64,000 nt of DNA from Leptogorgia sarmentosa (taxonomy: Eukaryota): positions 5,766,001-5,830,000 of the forward strand of contig OZ210884.1 in assembly GCA_964658305.1 (NCBI GenBank). Reading direction: 5' to 3'. Made by a program: the position numbers and the translations under genes. The notes beneath the pieces were generated by a model, which made no database searches, was not told the origin of the DNA, and was given only the letters and a program-made list of their open reading frames with translations. Of the stretch, positions 25,601-39,049 are shown in pieces (the stretch's first letter is position 1; each line of letters opens with the position of its first letter).

Positions 25601-27473
25601 CCTGCGTTCTTTGGGAGATTTCGTATCTAGTAACTCGTTAAACTGTTCAGACATGATAGCTAATTTACACTTGTCCGATTTACTTTATAAATATAATCGG
25701 GTTTCATCTATGTAACTATAGTTACACAATATATGACTATCAGTAATTCTTAATTCATTCAATATTTCTGTCGACTAAATGCAACAATTTCCTCTTCATA
25801 TGTGGAAGTTGTGCAGACGGGTGTTACCCTGCTGTTGATAGCGTCAAATGCAGGTCATTTTATGCAGGTCCACTGCTTCGTCCCCAGGGACGTCCCTGCA
25901 ACTGCGCTGTAAGGGGTGAAGGCTGTGAAATTTCTAAAAATTTTCAACTATCAAGTGCATGCAACATAGTGATGTTACCGTGTTGACTGAACAAGGGTAC
26001 AACTGAACATGCATGTTTTTTTAGTAATTCTGTATAGTAATTTGTATTCTCGTCCTAATAAGTCTAATTATTATACTACTCAGTGAATTGGAGCCTTTAA
26101 TTGTTCCTATACTTTGGAGATAATGACCTGTAAAACCCTCTAACATTCAATTGTTTACATTTTCCTTTGAAGCATTACCGCAGCAATTTGTTCTCGAAGC
26201 TCTTCCGTCAGCAAACGTGAGTCTTGGAAACGAACTTGAAATAAAATGTTCAGCTAATGACACATCTCCTCTATTGTCAATTGCATTGCTATCACGCATG
26301 CGTGGACCATTAAATGCAACTTGTTCTGTATCGTTGGGCACAGGATATTGTACTTATGTCGTAGAAAATGTTCAGCTGTCGGATTTTGGAAAGTATGATT
26401 GTATGAAAAGACACAAAGACGGAAATTGTTACACCAAATCCTTGGTAATTCGCCAGGTTGTTCGAGTGCCAACTGAAATTACTACATTGGCCACCATGAG
26501 CACCACGCAGTCACGCCCAAGAACTGAAGTTCGTCGTACAACAACAAGAGCAACAACCGTGACGAGTAGGCCGAAAACAACTTCTGAGAGTGTTCATGTC
26601 ACTCTAATTCCAGGTAGTGTTATGAGATAATTTATTATGAATCGTCACGTTCCAACCATAAAGCAAATGCATTGAAATGTACGCCTTTTGCGAAAGCTAA
26701 AGTCAGTAAACTCGAAAGCGAGGCTGAATTGCAAAGCCGTATTAGTCATTGCAATTCAGTCTCGATTTCAACAAAAATTTAGACAAAGATGGCAAAGTTA
26801 AGAATGTCAAATATGTCAAATATGTCAAATTTTATAAAGTGTTGTGCTGTTGCTAACTGCAGCAATAGAGTATAATTCTTGTTTCACCAAGTAGGCCTAG
26901 TGATTCAGCCTCCCTTTCGTATTCTTTCCAACAGGGTGTATTAAGGACCTGTTAATTAATTAATTCCAGTGAAATGAATCTAGATCGTAGTAAGATTATA
27001 ACAAGAAACTTTTCACAACAGTAAAAAAAATGACAAAAAAAACAATACAGGACTGAAAATCCAGACGAATTATGCACATTTCTATGTAAAATACAAGTAC
27101 GTTATCCTTGTTCGATGAGCAAACTGACCGAAGGAGCTGGTATTTCTCTGCTATCACGTTTCTCATTCCAAAATTCCTAATTGAAACTTAAACATGTACG
27201 TGTTTTCTCATGGGTGATGGGTACTGACATAACGCTTATTTGCAGCATTTTAGAATCAGATAACTAGACATTTGACAGATTTAAGACTTACAAAATCACC
27301 AATGACACATTCCGCTGTCCGCACAGTGTATAAGATTTACTAAATTTAAGGGATATTAAATAATTATCTGTCCCATTTTAGGTAATTCAACACCTGGCAG
27401 TGGGGCAAGTATATTAACATCATATTGCTTTGTAACCGTGATGGGTTTGGCAATTGCGGTAAGGTTTCACTGA
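22629..27473 (+). CDS. Cluster gene A: signal peptide + Ig-like head + Thr-rich stalk + GPI signal, ~212 aa
   Basis: Exons 22629-22734 (MDAIYRVLNKHCLVLCILLLELSNVDCCLQHSGNA; alternative ATG 22602), 26173-26613 (LEIKC...DFGKYDC...; TTLATMSTTQSRPRTEVRRTTTRATT) and 27382-27473 (GNSTPGSGASILTSYCFVTVMGLAIAVRFH*). All junctions are phase 1. Linkage of exon 1 across a 3.4-kb intron is the least certain part. Confidence 0.75.
25243..25342. mobile_element. 100-bp hAT-type MITE with perfect 8-bp TSD
   Basis: atcatctt|cagggacgtaagaac ... gttcctacctccctg|atcatctt. Confidence 0.88.
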
Positions 27474-28667
27474 CTAACGAACCTAGATTCTTTAGGCAGT
27501 GTTTCAGTTTGCTTGTGGTGACTTCTTTCAAGATGAACGATGCATTATCGTCATTAATCAACTTTGATCTTCTAAAGATCAAAATCGTTTCTGTGATAAA
27601 TGAAAAAAGCAAACAAAAACTAGAAAAATTGATATGGCATTTATTCGTTTAGAAACATGTTTTACATGTTTTCTTTAATTGATTAACCAGAACGTCCAAG
27701 TATAACGAGGTTCTCTCAAGCTGTGCGACCAGGCCTTAAAATCGACCTTTTTGGGTGATAAATTCATTGTTTTTGCCAATTAGTTTTATCAAATTTTATA
27801 AAAAGTTAAAACTTTCTCCTGGTAAACAACAGCTTTACGCATATTTCCTTCATATATAGTCATTGAAATTAAATTATATTAAAGTTGTCAGGGTATATAA
27901 AACTGCAAAATATTCCGCCAAAAAGGCCTGGATGCATATCGTGAGAATAATCAATTAGGAATAACTGCATGGCTTATACGTCAGCCAAATTCCCGGAAAC
28001 TTTTAATAATGGTAATTTTATATCTATATTCCTGTATGTTATCTGTGATTGAGATGAATAACTAAAACAGACTTACTAACATGCAGATTTGTTGCTTTGT
28101 GCAAATCAAAACAAACAAAAGGCCATGAAAGTTTATTTATTTTGTCCTGCGCAATAGATATAATCTTGTAACCAAGGACAAAAATTCACATAGATGTTTA
28201 CATTTTGAATATGAATAAATTAATATTTTGATTTGTGAAATTTATAGCGTTTTTGTATCTGCGTGACGTAGTGACGCAGATATATTGCTATCGAGTTGTT
28301 AGCTGTTAGTTGTTAGCTGTTAGCTGTTAGCTGTTAGTTGTTAGCTGTTAGCTTGCAGCCAATCAGCGAATTCGTTAGTTAAATTTAGCCAATAGACGAC
28401 AACGTACCATTGAGATGACGTAATTCTCACTGAGCCCACCCGCAAATTTAAGGGAACCAACGTGGAGTTCTTGCGGGCTAAATATTACAAAATGGCTGCT
28501 GATATAGGCGCGAGCTAAAGAGTGGTGATGTGTTTGTCTGTTTGATCGTGGATTTTGTTTCGCATGAATATCCAGATAAAAAGAAATATAATGTTCGCAG
28601 CGACGAGTGACTTCACTGAAATAGAGGTTAATTTATGAGCGTTTACGCCGTTTAGAACACTATTTAT

Positions 28668-29451
28668 ACTAGGAGTTACTATCGCAAGGAAATGTGCTGC
28701 CGTTGCGCTCAAACTTTAAAATCCCGGCTGGGTTATAGAATACCTGTCCACTTTTGAAACAGTGACTTGTTATCATGATACGATGATACGAAGTCAAAAT
28801 GATCACGTAATGTAATGTATCCGAGTTTTTAAAAAGCCTGGGCAAGATACATTTTTTCGTAATACGATGACACGAAGTGTGAAATTGATATGCCCGATTA
28901 TTCAGAAAGCAGCGTGTGACAGCCTTCGTTCTTCGTGTACGATCATACGAAGTGAAAATTATTACCGATTAAGTTTACCACGTTTATATCTCGTTATTTA
29001 ATCGCAAGCTCAACATAATAATTAAAAATGCGATTCAGTGCGCATATTGTGTTTATGTCCCGTTCTTTGAAAAGCAACAGCACGCCAGTTAGGATGAAGG
29101 TTTACTGTTAGGGTTAGTGTTTACTATACTATCAGTAATAGCATAGTAAACACTAACCCTAACAGTCTATTAGGGCTAGCATTCTGAACATTGCTTGCAT
29201 CATTGATGTGTGATCACCATAAATACCAAATTACCCAACCACAACGCATAAAACATTAGCACAATCTTGCATCCGTATGAAACGCTTTTGTAAAAACCTT
29301 TCGATTCTTGACGCACATGGAGATGCGTGCCGCGTGCGCAATACAATATCTTGTTTACGTACTTCAAGCTTAATTATTCTGACCGCTCCCCTCTTTTAAC
29401 AAACGTCCCTGAAGCTTAATTATGCCCCCGGATACGACAAACATCTTTATG

Positions 29452-29487
<36 letters not shown>

Positions 29488-29603
29488 CAAGATCTCGATC
29501 TCGGCAATACATAACTCGCGCGAAAGACTGGGTCGAGTAGACTCTGGGGAAACCACCGCGTGTCAAGAATAGTGTGCTGCCTCGCTACGCTCGGCAGCAA
29601 CTA
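28668..29603 (-). mobile_element. Nested Helitron/HINE-like element ending in CTAGT
   Basis: Absent from copy 2 (empty site tttatactaaggaaat). On the minus strand: 5' hairpin gctgccgagcgtagcgaggcagc, (TCTG)n at 29452-29485, internal hairpin at 29104-29166, subterminal cggcagcac, 3' CTAGT. Confidence 0.75.
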
Positions 29604-30529
29604 AGGAAATTTATACGCAAAAATATCATGACGCAAATTGCAGACATTGGCATTGCTTTTAAAGATATTAATTAAAGAGGTTCGCGTTCGCTATGCAATT
29701 TAGATCATCAAAGCAAAAATATCATGACGCAATTTATACAATTGAACACAGCGAATATTTAAGGTTATGAAAGAGTTTAATGTCTTGACACAATAGCGCG
29801 TATATTTTCCCTACGATACTTTAGCGTGTCGGCACTGTCGCACTGACACACTGTACATGTTTGGACTGCCCGCGGTGTCATTGTGATCACGGAATATCTA
29901 CTATATTTTGACGCTTCGCCATACGGAATGGTTGAAACATTCAATCCCAGGAAAATAGATTTCGTAGCTTGTAATAAAATGGGTTTGTGCGTTTATTAAG
30001 CGCGAGACAAAACAAACGAAATCATATATGGTTTCAAGTATTCTGTTTTGAACTTACGCGCAATGCGCATACCGATCATACATACACTTTAGCGTCTACG
30101 CAAATGCGCATGAATGGACGGAATATATTGTATATAAATATATTATTATGATACGGTATTGAAAAGGGTAAATTTGGTTTTTAGAGAGCCACATTTTTCA
30201 CAAACAATCGCAAAGCGCTGTGTCTATTTTAAAGACGCAAGAACATAAAATGCGATATCATATGTCGTCAAGTTTCAATTCCTTATGCAATTTGATATAT
30301 GATCGCGGGAATTCCGGAATGCGAGATAGTCATGAAAGCTTATATCAAGTATTGAATACGTCTCCGCACAACCTGTCAACCTCACGTCTTGAAAGGAATT
30401 AGTATTTTTTTGCGCTATTCGCCTGTTCCCTAGCAGTAAACCATTTTATACATGCAAGATCGCGTATTAGGGACAGATAAGATGCGTGTATCGAAAAGCT
30501 GAAAACAAATAAGAATTGATCATCAAGCT

Positions 30530-31019
30530 CAGGGGTGTAGCGAGCGGGGGGGGGGATTTTTTGGAAAATGGTCGGTAAATGAATTGCGGTCGGTTTTGAA
30601 GCGAAAGGGTCGGTAAATTGTAAATTTATGTCATTAAATCACAGAGAGAGCAGAAAAGTAAAATATGTAAAAGTATATGTCTGTTGTCTATGTCCGTGTG
30701 CGATTAGTTAGCAAGCTGTGGTTGTACAACATCTAAGACCTCTATACTCTATTCTGAGTGTTAAGGCTTTGGTTAACACTCGGAAATGGCCGTTTCCGGC
30801 GATCTAGAGCTCTAAATTCACAAAATTTTCTCGCTCGATGCCAACCATGGTGGCGTCTCGTGAGACTCGCCCTCCACACCAAATAATCCGGCCCTGTCGT
30901 GCCCAAACCTATTTACGTCGGTAAAATATTTTGCTTTACACAACCTATTTAGGCCGGTAGAATATTTTGCTTTACACCCCCCCCCCCCCCCCTATCGGAA
31001 TGGCTTCGCTACGCCACTG
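30530..31019. mobile_element. Nested hAT-like MITE
   Basis: TIR caggggtgtagcga ... tcgctacgccactg; flanked by duplicated tcaagct; absent from copy 2. Confidence 0.82.
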
Positions 31020-31064
31020 ATTCAAGCTACATAGGCGCAGATACATGTACACTTTGTGTACCTA

Positions 31065-32432
31065 TTTTTGTATCTGCGTGACGTAGTGACGCAGATATAT
31101 TGCTATCGAGTTGTTAGCTGTTAGCTGTTAGCTGTTAGCTGTTAGCTGTTAACTGTTAGCTTGCAGCCAATCGGCGAATTCGTTAGTTAAATTTAGCCAA
31201 TAGGCGACAACGTAACATTGAGATGACGTAATTCTCACTGAGCCCACCCGCAAATTTAAGGGAACCAACGTGGAGTTCTTGCGGGCTAAATATTACAAAA
31301 TGGCGGCTGATATAGGCGCGAGCTAAAGAGTGGTGATGTGTTTGTGTTGATCGTGGATTTTGTTTCGCATGAATATCCAGATAAAAAGAAAATATAATGT
31401 TCGCAGCGACGAGTGACTTCACTGAAATAGAGGTCAATTTATGAGCATTTGCGCCGTTTAGAACACTATTTATACTAAGGAAATTTATACGCAAAAATAT
31501 CATGACGCAAATTGCAGACATTGGCATTGCTTTTAAAGATATTAATTAAAGAGGTTCGCGTTCGCTATGCAATTTAGATCATCAAAGCAAAAATATCATG
31601 ACGCAATTTATACAATTGAACACAGCGAATATTTAAGGTTATGAAAGAGTTTAATGTCTTGACACAATTGCGCGTATATTTTCCCTACGATACTTTAGCG
31701 TGTCGGCACTGTCGCACTGACACACTGTACATGTTTGGATTGACCGCGGTGTCATTGTGATCACGGAATATCTACTATATTTTGACGCTTCGCCATACGG
31801 AATGGTTGAAACATTCAATCCCAGGAAAATAGATTTCGTAGCTTGTAATAAAACGGGTTTGTGCGTTTATTAAGCGCGAGACAAAACAAACGAAATCATA
31901 TATAGTTTCAAGTATTCTGTTTTGAACCTACGCGTAATGCGCATACCGATCATACATACACTTTAGCGTCTACGCAAATGCGCATGAATGGACGGAATAT
32001 ATTGTATATAAATATATTATTATGATACGGTATTGAAAAGGGTAAATTTGGTTTTTAGAGAGCCACATTTTTCACAAACAATCGCAAAGCGCTGAGTCTA
32101 TTTTAAAGACGCAATAACATAAAACGCGATATCATATGTCGTCAAGTTTCAATTCCTTATGCAATTTGATATATGATCGCGGGAATACCGGAATGCGAGA
32201 TAGTCATGAAAGCTTATATCAAGTATTGAATACGTCTCCGCACAACCTCACGTCTTGAAAGGAATTAGCATTTGCGCTATTCGCCTATTCTCTAGCATTA
32301 AACCATTTTATACATGCAAGATCGCGTATAGGGACAGATAAGATGCGTGTATCGAAAACCTGAAAACAAATAAGACTTGATCATCAAGCTACATAGGCGC
32401 AGATACATGTACACTTTGTGTACCTATTTTTT
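31065..32432 (+). mobile_element. HINE/DINE-1-like element, copy 2 (uninterrupted, head-to-tail with copy 1)
   Basis: About 1.37 kb with the same terminal structures; highly similar to 28250-28670 + 29601-30529 + 31020-31069. Confidence 0.78.
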
Positions 32433-33024
32433 GTATTGTCTAAAATCAGTAGTGCTTGTATGGTGTGTTATTGAGTATATATTTAAATCGATAAAAATGG
32501 ACTATAGCTACATTGCACGTGATGGTAGAGAAAAGAGATCTGTTTCATTTCAAAGAGGGATGTAGGATGTAAATGGTACCAATGCCGGTTTCTTGAAAGC
32601 TGGATGGATACCACTATTCATCGGATAGCGATTCGGTTCCAGAATTATACAATTGATATACAATAGTTGTGAATTTTTGCAAGACATTGCACAATATAAC
32701 ATGATAGCTAACATGATCGGATTTGTAATGAAATCTGGTGGCAGGTGGAAAGAATGAAGAACTATGCACAATCGTCTTATTGAAAGAAATACTCGATCCA
32801 CATTGCAATCGCGTGGTTTATTGGTCGGCATTGATATGATGAAGAAATGTGATCCAGATGTACGTGTAATGCGACATGCGTGCAGACCAAACATCCGAGG
32901 TTCAAAAACGAGTGCACCAGTACTATCTTTTCCCTATTTTTTGTTTAAATGGGCATAATAATGAAAAGTTCGAGGTCCGTAAACTAGCCTGAAGATTTGT
33001 TCGCTTTAGTTAAAAAAACGCTAT

Positions 33025-33705
33025 AATTATTGGAGTGACAGTTCATTTTTGCATTCCCTGGAATGACCTGGCAAAATATCAATGATTCCCTGTTCGTTTG
33101 TTCCTTTATCAACGCGGTTGGCGGCGTTAAAAAGTAACCATTATTCAGCCATTACTTACTAATGGTAATAGGTGGGATGAGTATCCATTTTTGGATAACA
33201 TACAGGCACACATTCTCTATAGAATGACCCAGAAGGAAATCAGTGACTCTCTGCTCCTTAGTCAACGTGGGTAGCATTTAAGAAGAAACCATTCAATTGT
33301 TTGTTGACTGTAATAATTAGAGCAAAAATCTATCTTTGAATAAACGTACATTAGAATCACCCAGCAGGGAATCAATGATTCTTTACTTCTATAATTTGTC
33401 AATGTGAGTAGGTGCTAAGCAGTATACCAGGTCCTATACTACATATAATTTTCCCACATATACATGTCCGTAAATATAGTATACTTATCATTTATAGACC
33501 CGGAGCGAGGGGGATTCGGCGTATAATTTGAGGTATAATATTATAAAATATGTTGGTAATATAACAAATAGACATTTTTGGTTGTAATAGGCGGAGCGAG
33601 AATCCATTTTTGAACAGCAATGCATTCTTTAGAATGACCCAGAAGGATATCAAAGATTCTTTGCGAATTGTCAATGTGCGTTGAAGTTAAGCGGTAACCG
33701 TTATT
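33025..33705. repeat. Four diverged ~120-130-bp direct repeats
   Basis: Shared core gaatgacccagaagga.atcaa.gattc near 33061, 33222, 33354 and 33632, with conserved flanks (gtaatag..., ccattttt, gtcaa.gtg, gtaacc). Confidence 0.65.
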
Positions 33706-33941
33706 TCTACTTCCAATTAATTTCATAAATCCATGGGAAAACACCATATATAGCTGGAATTTTCCAAAGAGATATTTCTATATCAAAATGAATTGTAAAA
33801 GCCTGCAATATTCTTTGTGAAAATTGTGAAGGCCGAGAAAAATATCTGTTGTCTGTTGAAAATAGCTGTGGTAAATATACCCCCACCCGACTCTATATCA
33901 AAATCCAATTCCAGCCAATAATTTTAAGAAGTATAAAAAGA

Positions 33942-34102
33942 ATACTCCGAATAAAAGGTCCATCTTGAACTCAATATTTGAGATGCGATTAGCTTGTAAC
34001 ATTAGTCTGATGATGAATTTGTAATAAATTCGAATATAAATGTCTCCTCTTGCTTTTTCTGAAATATTGAGTTCAATAAGATGGACTTTTTATTCGGAGT
34101 AT
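33942..34102. repeat. Inverted repeat, MITE-like
   Basis: atactccgaataaaaggtccatcttgaactcaatattt ... aaatattgagttcaataagatggactttttattcggagtat. Confidence 0.7.
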
Positions 34103-34844
34103 GTTTCTTTCCTACTCTATCACTCCACTATAACAAAGCTTTACTCCTATAACCCCGCCAAATGCCAAATTTGAGCGAACATAATGCTGTTTAATGGAAA
34201 AAAATGTTGTGATACACTTATACGTTTGCAGAAAATATGCCCTAGCTTCTCCATATTAAGCAAGTTGCATGCTGCTATAATATTGGCCTGATAATCTTGA
34301 AGTAAGGGCTAGGCTGTGAATCTTCGTCATTAAGACATTGACCGGCGTGTGAACAAGATAAATCATTCGAGTAAAACTTTAATTTTGTTTTGTTTTAATT
34401 TTGCTTCAAAAGAAACCAGCAACTTTCAGGTAAGCATTAACAATATGCAACAAACAGTAGTCACGAAGCGAATAATTATAGAGTTTTGTTTATTTGGCTA
34501 ACTAGTGATATAACAAAACTTAAATTAGGTAATAATATTTCATGAAATTTCATAAAATACATTACTGCACATGCAAGCATTACTCGTAATCTTTAAGAAC
34601 GATTTACCTCGTTGTATATATATAGACGAATGCAAAATCAATCGCCTGATTTGTGATCTGATCGAGTTAGATGAATAAATTTATGAAATTTCAAACGTCA
34701 TATAATTATGTTTAAGTGGTGGATAACAATATCAACATAAGCAGCCCAAGCAGATGTTTCACTATGTCACACACGACCTAAACGATAAGCTCACATTCGT
34801 ATTCAGATTCAACGTCTCTAGCTTCGTTGGGAATTTTACACGGT

Positions 34845-35045
34845 GCTGCCTGTTGTTGGAATGTTTTTTTTTTCCTTTTCTGACTTGTTGTGAACAAAAA
34901 TAAAAGCAAAATTTTATAATTGCGTGCATGCATGCTCATGCTCATGCTGCCTGTTGTTGGAATGTTTTTTTCCTTTTCTGACTTGTTGTGAACAAAAATT
35001 AAAGGAAATTTATATATTGCATGCGTGCATGCAAGCTCATGCATG
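34845..35045. repeat. ~100-bp tandem duplication (2 copies) upstream of gene B start
   Basis: tgctgcctgttgttggaatgttttt...ccttttctgacttgttgtgaacaaaaat...gcgtgcatgca occurs twice. Confidence 0.85.
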
Positions 35046-35162
35046 CTTATACACTACGTCCAATTTACTTTAAGAAAAACGAATGTAAAAGAAACTGGAG
35101 AAATTTTTCATTATACATAATATACCTGTTTAGAATTATCGTGATTTACGAGGTGGAAAGCA

Positions 35163-38100
35163 ATGACGATGTTCTTTGGTGTGATTCTTCTCAGCGCCCA
35201 TCTACTCATAGCTTCAACTGCTCCTGTAGTTCCAGATCAGGTTGGATGTGCAGAAGGGGAGCCTTCAGTGGGTACGTTTTAACAATGGAGGAGAATATGG
35301 GTGTATTTTATGTTTATCATTGGTTGATTCTTATTATAATTATTTAGCTACTCCTGATAATTATAATAAACAATTATTGGATGAGGCTGAGCATGATATC
35401 AAGAATTATTCAGACCGAGGTCAATGTTATCTGCCGAAGCGAAGCTGAGGCGGATAACATTGACCGAGTTCTGAATAATTCTTGATATCATGCGAAAGCC
35501 GAATCCAATAATTGTTTTATTGTACATTTAAAAGACACGGTAATTTGGAGAGTTCACTTTCATACAGCGAAGCAAAATCTGCTGCTGGCCATTGTTTGTT
35601 TGTTTGTTTTTTCGCGCGCTTTTAGCTTCAAGCTTTTGACAGCGCTGGGGCTTGGGCACGAGAGAGTCCAATAATTTTTTTTTTGGATGCAAGTTCGATC
35701 CAAAAAAATAATTATTGGACGCTGATGACGTCATCGGCGGAAAATACGTAATAAATGCCGAATACTGAGAATTAGCCGGTGCTTTCTGACCAATCAGGAA
35801 CGAAAATGGATATTAAATGTATAATAATCATTATTATTCACTTTACAATATTAGGTAGTTATAATATTATATTACCTGCAAATAACTGCATGCAAATAAT
35901 AGTCTTAGCATGTGCATTTGTTAAAACATTACTCAGCTACAAATAATACTGTAGGCATGCGCATTGTCATCGAGACAATGGAGGCTTGCTTTCAGAAGAC
36001 GATTTGTCGTCCCTTTCTGAATAAAAAAAATGCAGGTAAATTAACCAAACAAAATTGAAAATACTATGAAGTGAATAATAAACAATATTGAACTCGGCTT
36101 CGGCATCGTCAAATAATCGACCTGCTTGCGCCCGATAACGGAATTTTGCTCGACTTCCAATATTTGATCATTGTAAATTCACTTTCAGGTGACACTGAGC
36201 CGATTGTAAACCTAACAGTTCTTCCATCCCTAAATATCACCGAGTTGAGCAGATTTTCCGTCATCTGTGATGCGACTAGCCCCTCAGGAGTGTCCAGGGC
36301 ATTGCCACCTATAAAAATCATTATCTATATCGGCAAATTCAACGTGTTGGAATGCGGTGAAAATAAAACCCCAATATACCAATGCGTTTATACCCTTGAT
36401 ACTTTCTTTCCTGACCTTCCACGGATGGTAAGCTGTACTGCTGTGAATGCTGATCAAGAATGCCGTTTTGACACTGCCACTATTACCCTGGTGAAAGGTT
36501 GGTTAATTTTTGTTATATTACACGCTATGTTATGGCTATATCACGTTGTCACGGATTGGCAAGTCATGTGACTAGACGTTTATCATGTTAACGCATATTC
36601 GCGAGGATACAACAGAGGAGCAAGTAATATACCAAATGCAATTTTTCACTGCAAAACTCTTGGACAGCATCTAACTTTGGTTTGGGTTCTGAGGTTTAAC
36701 TTAGTAACCAGGCAATTTCTGAGATAGTCTCTTCGAGAAACTACAAAAATTGTTTCAAGTATTCAAAAGTCACAGTATTTGTCACTAATTTGTATTGATA
36801 TTGACATGACTTAATCATGAATTTTACTAGTGGGTTTACTAAAGCGTTTTTCTTATATAGGTTTTTAGAATTTTACTTTTTCTATTTGTTTTGGAATGTT
36901 TACGTACTTTCTTTGAGGTTAAGAAATGCAAAAAAAACCCTTCGTCAAGCAGGCACTCAGGCGATCTGTGAAAACGAATCAAGAAACATTGAAGAAACTT
37001 TCTGTCTGTTTGCTTGATCTACTCTCTTCTTGACAGTGAATTAGTCATTAATCGAGGAAATGATTGGAAATTATTGTACATGTTCCCCACCAAAGGCGAG
37101 GCCAACACTTACAGTGAAAATAATCTCATGCACTGAGATGACTCGGACTATATTTGGAGTTCAACCCGACTCAAATATAGCTATGACGTCACAGTATCAA
37201 ACCCAAGATTTCCATGACTAATCTTGTTATATGTTACTCGTTCCTGATATAGCCACTCCGACACCAGAATTGACAACAACAGAGCTGCCTTACACACCTC
37301 TACCAGGTAGGCATTTGAATAAATTTCTTATCCAACGAAATCAAAACATGAAAATATATATTACTACGACAACGAATATCATTTGAAACACCGTGCATGT
37401 TGGTGTATGAATGCATATTCCAGAGACATGGTGTACAAAATTACCACTTAAAGTAATTCTAGGATTTTTATCTGGATCTTGTATACTTTTTAATGGCTCC
37501 TTTTTTGCAAAACACCGGGATACGCCTGGTCTAAAATGTTTTATGTTTAAAATGTTTTATACTACTAATATAGTTTTTTTTGTGTAAGTTACTAACTAGT
37601 TTTCATATTGTTATTCCACCAGCAGAAAATATGACAACAACGATGCATCCGTCGACCGAAATAACAGGTAGCTATAGGCAATTAAAAATTAAAGTTGCTA
37701 TAGATACTACGAATTCTCAAAATCGGTTCAAAACAATAGCGCTGGTGTTACAGTAATGTATTTTGAAGTAGAAATTAATACGTTCTGGTTATATTATGTC
37801 AAATATATTGTTAATAATCATCATTGTAAGACATTGTAGTTGATCGATGCGTTTCGATTGATCAACTGAAATTATTGCATACATGAATCAAGCACTCACA
37901 CAACCTGCAGATCACTTATGCTATTGTGTGTATTAATGCAGATCGCTAAGTTACGCACGTGCATGTTGAGCCTGTTGGGAAAATTTATGGTATTTAGAAT
38001 GCGTTGCAATATATAATTATTTCCAGTATAATATATATTATATAAATATATTATATAACCAGTATATAAATATTTCCAGTTATAAAGCCAGTGAACTGGA

Positions 38101-39049
38101 AAGATTGCATAGCGCTTACAGTGTTACTGAAAACACTTTCAGTACAATTTCAAAACTATTGGCTATTTTAGTTAATTACAAGGCAAATTAGAGTTATTTT
38201 CTTTTTACAGCAAGAAATATGACGACGTCGCCTGCCTCTACGCCAACCAGTCCAAAAGGTAATAGAAGTCTTTTCGGGTATACCTACCACAAAACGCTAC
38301 AAGATTTAGCAATCCGTTTCAATAAACTGCGATGCATAACAAAAGTTATTAGGATTGCTAAATACGACATAAACAATTAGGTCAAGCCCAAATTATAACG
38401 AAATTTCAAACAGCAACTATTAAGATCTTCTAGCAGGAATCCAACCTACGCCAGAGGGATGTTGGTCCACTCCACTAAGCTATGGAGGCAACTGATGGAA
38501 GCAAGCACGTAACCCGCATCGAGTATACCATAAAATGATGCATATTGATCTACCCTCAACCCCTTCGCCCATGTATTACCATCGTAATTGACATAATAAA
38601 TTAGTTCGCTTTCCCTCGTCAGCTATTCACCGTCATGTCGTAATAATCAGAGCAGTGCTCTGGAATTAGCGTAGACTGGGTTTCTGTAGTTGAATATTTT
38701 TTCTCAATGGTTCTCGAATTGATTTTTCCAAACAAAAAGAATCAATGTCTGTGATTCGTTCTTTTGAAAATGTCTTCTGTACTGTCACCCTCGATCATTC
38801 ACTATAAGCTTTATCGTGAAAGTAAGTGCATGACGAAGTTTCTCAATTTGGAATTCATCATATATTGTGCATAATTTCAACCCTTCGCCATTTTTTTGAC
38901 AAGCCTACATTTCGTATATAACAATTCTGAATAGAAGGATTTTCTCTTTAGGGAACACGACTCCCATCATCAATGGAGGAATTTCGTTGACATCATCTAA
39001 AGTTGTTACGTTGATACTCTTTGCTACACTACTTGCAACTTTCACATGA
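35163..39049 (+). CDS. Cluster gene B: signal peptide + Ig-like head + three mucin micro-exons + GPI signal, 220 aa
   Basis: Exons 35163-35271 (MTMFFGVILLSAHLLIASTAPVVPDQVGCAEGEPSV), 36189-36497, 37253-37306, 37623-37667, 38211-38258 and 38952-39049 (GNTTPIINGGISLTSSKVVTLILFATLLATFT*). All phase 1; 663 nt, open. Confidence 0.85.
35363..35827. mobile_element. Non-autonomous element with long terminal hairpin
   Basis: Hairpin 35363-35523 with gccgaagcgaagctgaggc centre; distal end aaatgtataataa is inverted to internal ttattgtacattt. Confidence 0.7.

Larger units (their letters stand above)
28250..31069 (+). mobile_element. HINE/DINE-1-like (Helentron-associated) non-autonomous element, copy 1, carrying two nested insertions
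   Basis: T-run, subterminal gtatctgcg with nearby inverted copy cgcagata, (tgttagc)n microsatellite, 3' subTIR cgcagatac, stem-loop gtacac-ttt-gtgtac, T-run. Colinear with 31065-32432 once the inserts are removed. Confidence 0.75.

Noticed and set aside
25779..25990. Cys-rich / signal-like frames as an alternative first exon of gene A
   Set aside because: No frame combines an ATG, a signal peptide and a phase-1 donor; the 22629-22734 exon fits the family pattern better.
32550..32900. Minus-strand DVWSARMSHYTYIWITFLHHI, resembling a hAT transposase catalytic start
   Set aside because: A single short motif followed by a stop; insufficient support.
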